From: a virus
Lineage: Duplodnaviria; Caudoviricetes
Length of the DNA stretch: 32,578 nucleotides
IMG/VR virus record: IMGVR_UViG_3300025723_000121
Coordinates: 1-32,578 of that record
Reading direction: 5' to 3' (one strand)
The notes beneath the pieces were generated by a model. The model saw only the letters and a list, made by a program, of their open reading frames with translations, was not told the DNA's origin and searched no databases. Shown in pieces: positions 25,436 to 32,381 of the stretch. The translations under genes and the position numbers were made by a program. Numbering within the stretch: position 1 is the stretch's first letter; each line of letters starts with the position of its first letter.

Positions 25436-25669
25436 CGCTCACTCCTTATATGCTAGTCGTAGTTGTCATCTTAAACCCAGGCTGTAAAACTGAGACTGAG
25501 TTCATCCTGATGCCATATGTTTTTTCTATATGCCTTACAAGCAATACTGGAAAGTTTGCTTCTATTCCGTTATCGCTTAGTGCTTGCACATACCCTTGAA
25601 TGTATATATACTCTTTCTCAATTTGCTCATCTGTGAATATTGATTCTTTAATTTCCATCGCTCACTCCT
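25430..25669. repeat. 17-bp direct repeat TTCCATCGCTCACTCCT (25430-25446, 25653-25669)
   Basis: Identical copies. On the minus strand each reads AGGAGTGAGCG-ATG-GAA (RBS plus start). Confidence 0.9.
25446..25658 (-). CDS. Hypothetical protein flanked by 17-bp direct repeats
   Basis: RBS AGGAG, fits between its neighbours. Confidence 0.55.
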   Translation of the reverse strand: MEIKESIFTDEQIEKEYIYIQGYVQALSDNGIEANFPVLLVRHIEKTYGIRMNSVSVLQPGFKMTTTTSI

Positions 25670-25880
25670 GTAATAATTTTATATACCCATGTGCCGTCTC
25701 TATCGGCACTCCATCAATCACTGTCTCTGCTTCTCCACCATTAACATACTTAACCACTGCATACCTAGGCGGTATCCACTTACTCATCTTAACTTTGTAC
25801 TCGACCCTATCCTTATACCCACTGGTAAATATACCCCTTGCATCTGACCATCCCATTCTGTATCTGTCTATTTGTTTCAT
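25662..25880 (-). CDS. Hypothetical protein, GYIKLL family
   Basis: C-terminus AHGYIKLLQE resembles that of ORF 30683-30934. Confidence 0.6.
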   Translation of the reverse strand: MKQIDRYRMGWSDARGIFTSGYKDRVEYKVKMSKWIPPRYAVVKYVNGGEAETVIDGVPIETAHGYIKLLQE

Positions 25881-26176
25881 AGCTTCTTCATCCCAATAAT
25901 CACACCCTCTAAATACTCCTCCATGTTCTCACGTATCACTATGCCAACACCATCACCATCATTGATTTGTTTTAAATTCTTTTCTTGCAGTGCGGTGCAC
26001 TGACCTCTCCCCGCCTTAGCCTCGATAGCTAAGAACTTGCCGTTGACATTACAAATAAAGTCTGGCACACCGGCATTGCCGTAACCCGAACCAATCGGCA
26101 TAACATAATAAATGTCGTGCTTGCTCAGTATCTTTTTAATAGATGCCTTAACTTTGTTTTCAGGTGTTTGTGCCAT
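25877..26176 (-). CDS. VRR-NUC domain nuclease (resolvase-like)
   Basis: TPE..VK, GVPDF, FLAIEAKAG, TALQ. Confidence 0.88.
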   Translation of the reverse strand: MAQTPENKVKASIKKILSKHDIYYVMPIGSGYGNAGVPDFICNVNGKFLAIEAKAGRGQCTALQEKNLKQINDGDGVGIVIRENMEEYLEGVIIGMKKL

Positions 26177-26182
26177 TCAATA

Positions 26183-26210
26183 ATTATAACACAACTCTTT
26201 ACTTTGTAAA
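26183..26210 (-). promoter_or_regulatory. Sigma70-type promoter, probably giving a leaderless mRNA
   Basis: Minus strand TTTACA (26210-26205), 16 bp, TG-T-TATAAT (26188-26183). The ATG begins 7 nt downstream, with no SD. Confidence 0.7.
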
Positions 26211-26222
26211 TAGTACAGACGT

Positions 26223-26246
26223 AAAAAAGCCCACGTAATGTGGGCT
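26223..26246 (-). terminator. Rho-independent terminator
   Basis: Minus strand AGCCCAC-ATTAC-GTGGGC followed by TTTTTT. Confidence 0.85.
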
Positions 26247-26256
26247 AACTTTCTAC

Positions 26257-26271
26257 CCTAACATTGTTAGG
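26257..26271. promoter_or_regulatory. Palindromic operator-like site, copy 1
   Basis: CCTAACA-T-TGTTAGG directly after the DUF3310 stop codon. Confidence 0.6.
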
Positions 26272-26712
26272 CTATATATGTTGTTTCATTATTTCTCTAT
26301 CTAAATACCACCTAGCCTTCTTCAAGTCTTCCTCTCGGTTGTTCTTGTGGTCTGATCGAGTAATGTATTTGACTACGTTGCCAAGGTTATAGTTCAGCCC
26401 CTTAGCCTCAATGAAGTCTATGGTTTCGATTCCACCTACTTTGTAATGTGCAGGGTGATTGACTGGGTCGGGTTCAATCATAGTAACTGGAAATTCTTTT
26501 ACCTTCACTGTCTTCGGCACAACTTTATTTAGATACGACTCTATATCGTCCATCGCTTGTAGTTGAATATTTTTTCTCTTGATGAGCATACGATAGTTGT
26601 ATACCGCCTTCAATGGTAAGTCTAATACATCTGCTATCTCTTTTGGTTTGGCACTTGGATACCTCGCCATGTAACGCTCTACTCTACTGATTTGTGCTAT
26701 TGGTTTCTTCAT
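26272..26712 (-). CDS. HTH + DUF3310 (SaV / T7 gp1.7-like) protein
   Basis: DPVNHPAHY..GGIETIDFI...GNVVKY..R..HK....EDLKKARWYL. N-terminal KPKEIADVLDLPLKAVYNY HTH-like segment. Confidence 0.85.
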   Translation of the reverse strand: MKKPIAQISRVERYMARYPSAKPKEIADVLDLPLKAVYNYRMLIKRKNIQLQAMDDIESYLNKVVPKTVKVKEFPVTMIEPDPVNHPAHYKVGGIETIDFIEAKGLNYNLGNVVKYITRSDHKNNREEDLKKARWYLDREIMKQHI

Positions 26713-26890
26713 TTAATGCTCCTTGTTGTTTAACATAATTGATAAGAATTTCTCTGATTTTGGCTTGCTTTGTATACGGATGGTGCTTGGCAAAGTAATC
26801 CAATACGTCAATAGGTATACGCAAACTCGTGCACAGCATCGCAGGTTTCTTACCCTTACCTCGATATATGCGTTTGTTATCTTCATTCAA
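26684..26890 (-). CDS. Ribbon-helix-helix / BrnA-like DNA-binding protein
   Basis: RGKGKKPA...SLRIP.DVLDYF...KIREIL. TTG start overlapping the upstream TGA. Confidence 0.55.
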   Translation of the reverse strand: MNEDNKRIYRGKGKKPAMLCTSLRIPIDVLDYFAKHHPYTKQAKIREILINYVKQQGALNEETNSTNQ

Positions 26891-27030
26891 AATAGTGCCC
26901 CTTCATGTTTAGTTGTATCTACTTGTCTACGTCTTACTTTTTTTGGTTCTTGAGTAAGGAGTTTTGTGGGGAAAGGCCAAGTTGGATTTCTTCTGACCTT
27001 ATCTGTCTGTCTATGTAATTTCTGAGCCAT
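26887..27030 (-). CDS. 47-aa hypothetical peptide (WPFP motif), not in ORF track
   Basis: MAQKLHRQTDKVRRNPTWPFPTKLLTQEPKKVRRRQVDTTKHEGALF*. G-rich RBS, stop coupled to the next start. Confidence 0.45.
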   Translation of the reverse strand: MAQKLHRQTDKVRRNPTWPFPTKLLTQEPKKVRRRQVDTTKHEGALF

Positions 27031-27128
27031 GATGAGCCCCCCATGTCCGTAACAAATTGTTTTTGTTTGTGAGTTAACCTAATTGTTAAGGTAGCTTGAC
27101 TTGTGATTTCACTTTTGTCTCTCGGCAT
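26934..27128 (-). CDS. Small RHH-like DNA-binding protein
   Basis: MPR.KSEIT...TIRLT..Q......MGGSSWLR..ID. RBS AAGGA. Confidence 0.55.
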   Translation of the reverse strand: MPRDKSEITSQATLTIRLTHKQKQFVTDMGGSSWLRNYIDRQIRSEEIQLGLSPQNSLLKNQKK

Positions 27129-27129
27129 A

Positions 27130-27396
27130 TTAGTCCTTCATTAGCATTACTAACGCAATAGCTTCGGGTAAAGTTTGCCCTTCACGTATTATGTAGTGAC
27201 TAGCCATCCACTCATCACGATTCTTATCATATTTCATGATCTCCAATATATCGCCGTTCATTGCGTGGATTAAACTAATCCGCATCCTACAATTTGCACC
27301 ACTCTCAGGTCTTAATCCTACGTTGGTAGTATTAAGTGCACTCCCAACACTAACACTGTTAGTAGCATTTATTATCCGTCGCAACATTCTAATCAT
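27130..27396 (-). CDS. Hypothetical protein
   Basis: Start at ATG 27396 with GGGGG RBS. AMNGDILE...Y...D.W...YII pattern. Confidence 0.55.
   Translation of the reverse strand: MIRMLRRIINATNSVSVGSALNTTNVGLRPESGANCRMRISLIHAMNGDILEIMKYDKNRDEWMASHYIIREGQTLPEAIALVMLMKD
27349..27363. promoter_or_regulatory. Palindromic operator-like site, copy 2
   Basis: ACTAACA-C-TGTTAGT, inside a coding region. Confidence 0.5.
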
Positions 27397-27502
27397 CGTA
27401 ACCCCCAAATGTATAAATAATAAAACAGAACACTGCGGTTATCCATACGGACGCAATACCAAGTACACCGATTAGTAAAAGGTAATCTAGTATTTCATTC
27501 AT
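27389..27502 (-). CDS. 37-aa single-TM membrane peptide, not in ORF track
   Basis: MNEILDYLLLIGVLGIASVWITAVFCFIIYTFGGYDD*. ATGA-coupled and fills the gap exactly. Confidence 0.6.
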   Translation of the reverse strand: MNEILDYLLLIGVLGIASVWITAVFCFIIYTFGGYDD

Positions 27503-27750
27503 TTGTTTTTATCCTTAAATTTAGCTTCTATTGTTTGAGCAAATAAAAATAATCTATCAGGGTCTTGAACATAAGAATGACGAAAGAAAAACTCAACTTC
27601 ATTTTTTACTTCTTCTTTAGTCAACCCTACCCATTCAGACTTTGCATCCAACGCTCTGCCTGTTATCTCCAACAAGTTTTTTAAACGATGTAATTCAATC
27701 TCTACATCTTTAAGTTTGTTGATTGCTTCAAATGTTTTTTCGTGTTTCAT
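27499..27750 (-). CDS. Hypothetical protein, WVGLT module family
   Basis: EWVGLTKEE...FAQTIEAKFKDKNK. Confidence 0.65.
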   Translation of the reverse strand: MKHEKTFEAINKLKDVEIELHRLKNLLEITGRALDAKSEWVGLTKEEVKNEVEFFFRHSYVQDPDRLFLFAQTIEAKFKDKNK

Positions 27751-27920
27751 GTGTTCTTCTCCTTTGTTTTAATTGGTTCAATCTTTGTTTCATACCAATT
27801 CGTTTCATGCCCTCGTTTAGCCCATCCATATCGTGTCATCAATACAGGTTGCCAATATGCAGGATGATTGATGATCTTTGATTCTTGGACTTGGTAATGG
27901 CTTTCTAAATCATTAAACAT
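27747..27920 (-). CDS. 57-aa hypothetical protein, not in ORF track
   Basis: MFNDLESHYQVQESKIINHPAYWQPVLMTRYGWAKRGHETNWYETKIEPIKTKEKNT*. Overlaps both neighbours. Confidence 0.55.
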   Translation of the reverse strand: MFNDLESHYQVQESKIINHPAYWQPVLMTRYGWAKRGHETNWYETKIEPIKTKEKNT

Positions 27921-28155
27921 TATTTTTATCCTTTAATTGTTGCATTGCCCATGCAACACCCTCACGCCATGCACCTGCACTCTGCAAAGCATAAAAAGAT
28001 CGCAGTAAACCTTGATCTATTTCCTCATCAGTCAATCCTACCCATTCATGTTTAATCTTTGCTTTAAGTACTAAAGGCTTACCACCCTCCATCTGTACCT
28101 TAGTAATTCCTGCTTTTGGGTGTACCCATTCTAAAAATTCTATTTCTACGTTCAT
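27913..28155 (-). CDS. Hypothetical protein, WVGLT module family
   Basis: EWVGLTDEE...QLKDKNNV. Confidence 0.65.
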   Translation of the reverse strand: MNVEIEFLEWVHPKAGITKVQMEGGKPLVLKAKIKHEWVGLTDEEIDQGLLRSFYALQSAGAWREGVAWAMQQLKDKNNV

Positions 28156-28502
28156 ATGTTCTTATCCTTTAGTTTAGCTTCTATTACTTCTGCAAACCAT
28201 TTAAAACCTAATGGCAATCTTTTCGCCACAGGATCAAATTTAACTAAACAATCAAACATTTCATCTTCAGTCAACCCTACCCATTCTTTACCTTTACCAA
28301 AAAACTTTTCAGAGCACACAAGGCAATACAACGCATACCCACCATTAGCCCCACATTCATCGCACCCTTTAGTTTGTGGTTTGGTGTAGAGAGGCAATGG
28401 ATCAACATCAACTGTTACTGGTGCTTCAATTCTTGTTGGCTTTGCCCAGTAAAAACCGCCTTTTTGCGGATCAAAATAAGCAACAGGCTCGTCTTTAGTC
28501 AT
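28152..28502 (-). CDS. Hypothetical protein, EPVA + CxxC..CxxC + WVGLT modules
   Basis: EPVAY...PLYT.P, CDEC.....YCLVC zinc ribbon, EWVGLT...IEAKLKDKNI. Confidence 0.65.
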   Translation of the reverse strand: MTKDEPVAYFDPQKGGFYWAKPTRIEAPVTVDVDPLPLYTKPQTKGCDECGANGGYALYCLVCSEKFFGKGKEWVGLTEDEMFDCLVKFDPVAKRLPLGFKWFAEVIEAKLKDKNI

Positions 28503-28693
28503 TCTTGTCCCCTTGCTCTGATGGCGTTTGAATCGCTTGTCAATGAATATGAATCATGTAATTGCCGAAGTACAGCGCAAAACTTCTCACGCTCATGCTC
28601 TGCTATTAGTTTGGCAAAGTTAATTACTGAATCATCAGAAGCAAGATACAAATCTGCTTTTTCAGCTAATGCAAATATTTCTTCTTTAGTCAT
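28499..28693 (-). CDS. Hypothetical protein (FA.LIAEHERE.C...AIRARG type)
   Basis: Common small phage ORF pattern, ATGA-coupled. Confidence 0.6.
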   Translation of the reverse strand: MTKEEIFALAEKADLYLASDDSVINFAKLIAEHEREKFCAVLRQLHDSYSLTSDSNAIRARGQE

Positions 28694-28802
28694 ACCACCC
28701 CCAATTTATTAAGTATTTAATCCAATCCTGATCCTCGCTATGATAGTTATACCAAGGGTCGTACCTACAACCTATCTTAATTCCCGTTTTTGTCGTTACC
28801 AT
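28686..28802 (-). CDS. 38-aa hypothetical peptide, not in ORF track
   Basis: MVTTKTGIKIGCRYDPWYNYHSEDQDWIKYLINWGWYD*. GGAGG RBS, bridges the gap between neighbours. Confidence 0.55.
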   Translation of the reverse strand: MVTTKTGIKIGCRYDPWYNYHSEDQDWIKYLINWGWYD

Positions 28803-29634
28803 CTTTTTCCTCCACTTTAATTACGAATGTAGCCTCAGCTACTCGGCAACCTCTGTCCTCAATAACAGTGCCGTTTTCCACAAGTTTAAGCATACCTAAG
28901 TTAGTCTTCCAATCCTCGGGTAAATGCTCGTCATCAAATACAGATACCTTGCCTTTGTGTTGCACCATATAGTTACTGCCTTCCTTAATAAGCAATACCG
29001 ACTCCCCATTAGATAAGCCGTCCCAAACAGTTTTAACAGCATCGGCTTTCTCTAAGTGCTCCTTACGTTTTTGTACTGCCTCCATCATCCCTTTGTACCG
29101 ACTTGGGCTATCATCTTGTACGTGCTTTAAAAAAGTAGAAAACCCATTTCCTAATACCCATTTAGTTGCTTCACTCTCTATGTCTCGGTTATAGTTTCTA
29201 GCATCATAACGCTCACGATCTACTAACCTATCCAATACGTTGTCGGCTTCTTTTTTAGCCTTGCCCATATGTTCTAGTACGTTCATAGGTGCAAAGGTTT
29301 TCTTAATCTGGAGTAACGCTTTGTCTACGTCTTTTGTCGTATAGCAATTACCTCTGACCCTCTTCGCTTTAATCCTGTCGTTCTCTATTGCTATCGCCGT
29401 TTCATTCCTCGCCCATGTACGCTCAATCGTACCCAGTATCTCGCCGTTACTCGCACGAACCTCAAACCCATAGAACCCATCGTTATACTCACTATACTTA
29501 ATAGCAGTAAACTGCCACAAGGGGTTATTCATAGCACACTTGGTTACCACTTCCGCTATCTTAGTGGGTACTTTCTCTTTCTTATCTTTATAATCTTCTT
29601 TACGTCTAACATTTGGTAAGTCAAACAATTCCAT
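28777..29634 (-). CDS. Hypothetical early protein
   Basis: Long ORF. ATG 29634 is better spaced from AAGGAG than 29640. C-terminal LP......LGMLKLVE...G.RV motif. Confidence 0.65.
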   Translation of the reverse strand: MELFDLPNVRRKEDYKDKKEKVPTKIAEVVTKCAMNNPLWQFTAIKYSEYNDGFYGFEVRASNGEILGTIERTWARNETAIAIENDRIKAKRVRGNCYTTKDVDKALLQIKKTFAPMNVLEHMGKAKKEADNVLDRLVDRERYDARNYNRDIESEATKWVLGNGFSTFLKHVQDDSPSRYKGMMEAVQKRKEHLEKADAVKTVWDGLSNGESVLLIKEGSNYMVQHKGKVSVFDDEHLPEDWKTNLGMLKLVENGTVIEDRGCRVAEATFVIKVEEKDGNDKNGN

Positions 29635-29821
29635 CGTCATCTCCTTTAATTTCTTTTACACCTGATACCGCAATGATGATCTCGTTGCAGTCGGGGTCAC
29701 ACCCAAAGTCCTTACATATATCGTGCCAGTCGTGAGGCATGATTGTAGGGTCTAGTCTTATCCATCCACCCTTAGGGAGAACGATATAGCCCTCCTTAAG
29801 TAGTTGCTCTTTAGTTACCAT
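29621..29821 (-). CDS. Hypothetical protein
   Basis: RBS AAGGAG, overlaps the next gene. Confidence 0.55.
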   Translation of the reverse strand: MVTKEQLLKEGYIVLPKGGWIRLDPTIMPHDWHDICKDFGCDPDCNEIIIAVSGVKEIKGDDDGIV

Positions 29822-29830
29822 AGTTGCTCC

Positions 29831-30679
29831 TTACCAGTTAAATTTACCGAGAATCTCATCTACCTTATTCTTCAACTGCTCACGCTCGTGGCTATCTTCT
29901 TTGATAGCTTCTATACTTACACCTAACATAGTACGCTCTAAACTCTTGCGAGCTTCCTCTAGCTTGGGGTCGTTGGTCACGTTGAGTTTAGTTAGCAACT
30001 CACACAATTCTAATGGGTTACTGATAAGAGAGTCGTGGTAGCGTTTCTTCTCATCGCCGTTATCCTTCAACTTCTCTGACATATCAGCCAACACTTTGTG
30101 CAGTCGCTCCCAAGGGGCACGCATCGCATCCGCTAATCGCTCAGTAAACTTAGACTCGAACTCGCTGCGCATATCCTCTAAGTCCTGCGTTGGTATGTCT
30201 AAGCGGAAGTCGCCAGATTCAGGCAATGGATTGACACTACGCTTGAACCCGAACTTCTGTTTGACTTCGTCTAGCTCAGGGTAATCACTAGCCTTATACA
30301 TTGCGCCTAGATTAGTAGGTGCTTCTGCTACAAGTCGTGGGTACTCACAGAAAAAGTTATTGCACATCATATCGAACTGTTGCTCATACGCATTCATTGT
30401 CTGCTTGTACTCCATGAACAATGCAGTCGGCAACATACGCTCACCCTTATCTGCCCAAGGTAAAGTATGCTGATTGTGATACAAGCGAACCCTAGATGCA
30501 AACTTCTCAATATCTTTGCGAATGCCAGTTCCCGCAAATAAATTCTTCTTCGTTTGACTAGCATCTCGTACTGCCATTGCGTTGCTATTGACTTGCTCGG
30601 TAATCTCTCGGTCGATCTTACTTGCAGGCCACACACTAATATTCAACTCCACTAATACCGCTGATGAACTAATACTCAT
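29831..30679 (-). CDS. DUF3150-like conserved phage protein
   Basis: LVELNISVW...K.D, TLPW..G.RMLP, DYP...V..KF, LNVTNDP.L. Adjacent to the vWA gene. Confidence 0.6.
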   Translation of the reverse strand: MSISSSAVLVELNISVWPASKIDREITEQVNSNAMAVRDASQTKKNLFAGTGIRKDIEKFASRVRLYHNQHTLPWADKGERMLPTALFMEYKQTMNAYEQQFDMMCNNFFCEYPRLVAEAPTNLGAMYKASDYPELDEVKQKFGFKRSVNPLPESGDFRLDIPTQDLEDMRSEFESKFTERLADAMRAPWERLHKVLADMSEKLKDNGDEKKRYHDSLISNPLELCELLTKLNVTNDPKLEEARKSLERTMLGVSIEAIKEDSHEREQLKNKVDEILGKFNW

Positions 30680-30682
30680 AAC

Positions 30683-30934
30683 TCACTCCTCTTTTAAAAG
30701 TTTAATATAACCTTCTGCTTGCTCTTTAGTTAACCCCCTTGCTATCGCTCTCGCACCTTCATAGTCTTGACCAAAATACTCAATCACTTTGTACTTGCCG
30801 TACTTCTCTCTGATCTCATACGACGGCTTATATAGTTTTTTATACTCGCTATCGAATATACGCAGTGCCTCGTTTGTTATCACTGATATAGTTAGTATCT
30901 TAGAGCTAACATTGTTAGGCTTAGTCGTTGACAT
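30683..30934 (-). CDS. Hypothetical protein, GYIKLL family
   Basis: Start reassigned to ATG 30934. C-terminus GLTKEQAEGYIKLLKEE. Confidence 0.55.
   Translation of the reverse strand: MSTTKPNNVSSKILTISVITNEALRIFDSEYKKLYKPSYEIREKYGKYKVIEYFGQDYEGARAIARGLTKEQAEGYIKLLKEE
30906..30918. promoter_or_regulatory. Palindromic operator-like site, copy 3
   Basis: CTAACA-T-TGTTAG. 16 bp (CTAACATTGTTAGGCT) identical to copy 1, just after the vWA stop. Confidence 0.6.
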
Positions 30935-32144
30935 GGATTGTTTTTCCGTTTGGTGCACTAACTTTGTACCCACCGACGATAGTCCACATCACAGGTGCAG
31001 TCCACTCGCTACCCCAATCATCACCCACACAACCATCGGTCAACATGATGACTGCCTCGGGTACGATCTTATTGGTATTGAGATACTCAGATACACAACT
31101 AGGGCTAGTGCCACCACCACCCGCAGGTTTAGTAGACTCTACTAACGTACCCACAGTACTATTGGTATAGATCTCATGAGCACACACCGCACTGTCCCAA
31201 TAGATAAGATCAACTTGGTTAGGTGTAACCTCCTCGGCTATACACTTGACCTCGGATAAGAACTCGGCTAACTCTTTGCCACCAATCGAACCCGATGTAT
31301 CTATACCTATGACAAGATGACCAACCTTCTCACCGATCATGCTCGGCATATACACACCAGTCGATAAGAACCTGCGGTTAACTCTGCGCCATGACGACGT
31401 ATCCTTAGCACTGCAAGTAGCTTTGACGAACTCACGCAACACCTCACGCCAATCCACCTTAGGCTCAAGCAATTCCTCTAGCTCTCTGTCCATACCCAAC
31501 GAACCATCGCCCTTGTTCTTTTGTTGTGCAATAAGACCTTGACGTATAGCTTGGTCAACCTCCCTAGCTAGTACCTTCTTCTCCTCCTCGGTCATACCCT
31601 CCGCACCTTCCCAATCATGGACGTCGAACCCATCACCATCACCATCACCATCACAATCGAATGGTTTCTCACCTTTCTCTTTCTTATCTTTGAGTATGTC
31701 AAACACTTGCTTGGCATTCATACCACGATACTGCTCGTCGATCAGCCCCATGAACTCACCCTTCTTACTATGCTTGGTATCCTCCTTCCACTTAGGCATA
31801 GCAATGACTTGCTCGTTGGGGTCAACGTCTCTAAGCATAAGGTTAATAACGTAGTCACAAGCCATGTTAGCTAGCCTATGATCTTCATCATGTAGCTTCT
31901 TCCAAGTAGTCAGATGTCGATACATCTTATGACTACACTCGTGGGCTATAACGAACTGTAACTCACGCTCGCTTAGCTTCTTAATAAACTCACGACCATA
32001 GACCTCGTCACGCCCATTGGTCATCGCACTGGGTATGTCAGCAACCCTAGTCTTACCTAGCATCATGATGCCTTGCAACAATGCAAACTTAGTGTTACGC
32101 ATTAGTGCGATCTTACATTTCTGTAGCTTACGTTCTTCGTTCAT
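30921..32144 (-). CDS. Metallopeptidase + vWA domain protein (DUF2201-like)
   Basis: TNG, IAHECSH (HExxH), NMACDYVIN, VDWREVL, MIDAS DTSGS / GGGT / LTDG. Confidence 0.88.
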   Translation of the reverse strand: MNEERKLQKCKIALMRNTKFALLQGIMMLGKTRVADIPSAMTNGRDEVYGREFIKKLSERELQFVIAHECSHKMYRHLTTWKKLHDEDHRLANMACDYVINLMLRDVDPNEQVIAMPKWKEDTKHSKKGEFMGLIDEQYRGMNAKQVFDILKDKKEKGEKPFDCDGDGDGDGFDVHDWEGAEGMTEEEKKVLAREVDQAIRQGLIAQQKNKGDGSLGMDRELEELLEPKVDWREVLREFVKATCSAKDTSSWRRVNRRFLSTGVYMPSMIGEKVGHLVIGIDTSGSIGGKELAEFLSEVKCIAEEVTPNQVDLIYWDSAVCAHEIYTNSTVGTLVESTKPAGGGGTSPSCVSEYLNTNKIVPEAVIMLTDGCVGDDWGSEWTAPVMWTIVGGYKVSAPNGKTIHVND

Positions 32145-32145
32145 A

Positions 32146-32370
32146 CTATTTCTCCTCAGGTAATAATAACTTGCACATATTCTCTAGCTCCTCTTGTGTT
32201 TGATACTCGCCTAGTATTTCAGCACGTGGTATTTCACCAACCGAGTCAGTCTCTACGTTGTATAGGATATACCTACCACCTGCTCTAAGAACTGTATACC
32301 CCATATCGTTTAGCTTACGCAAGTACGGGGTCTGTTCAAACCAATCGTCCTCGAATCTAAACATCCCCAT
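32146..32370 (-). CDS. Hypothetical protein
   Basis: RBS AGGTG. C-terminus EELENMCKLL is distantly like the GYIKLL family. Confidence 0.55.
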   Translation of the reverse strand: MGMFRFEDDWFEQTPYLRKLNDMGYTVLRAGGRYILYNVETDSVGEIPRAEILGEYQTQEELENMCKLLLPEEK

Positions 32371-32381
32371 GCTTGCACCTA

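Noticed and set aside
30928-30933. Plus-strand TTGACA next to palindrome copy 3
   Set aside because: No -10 element at a suitable spacing.
31630-31654. (CCATCA)n run resembling a His-tag or ITITIT on the + strand
   Set aside because: It encodes the acidic DGDGDG linker of the minus-strand vWA gene.
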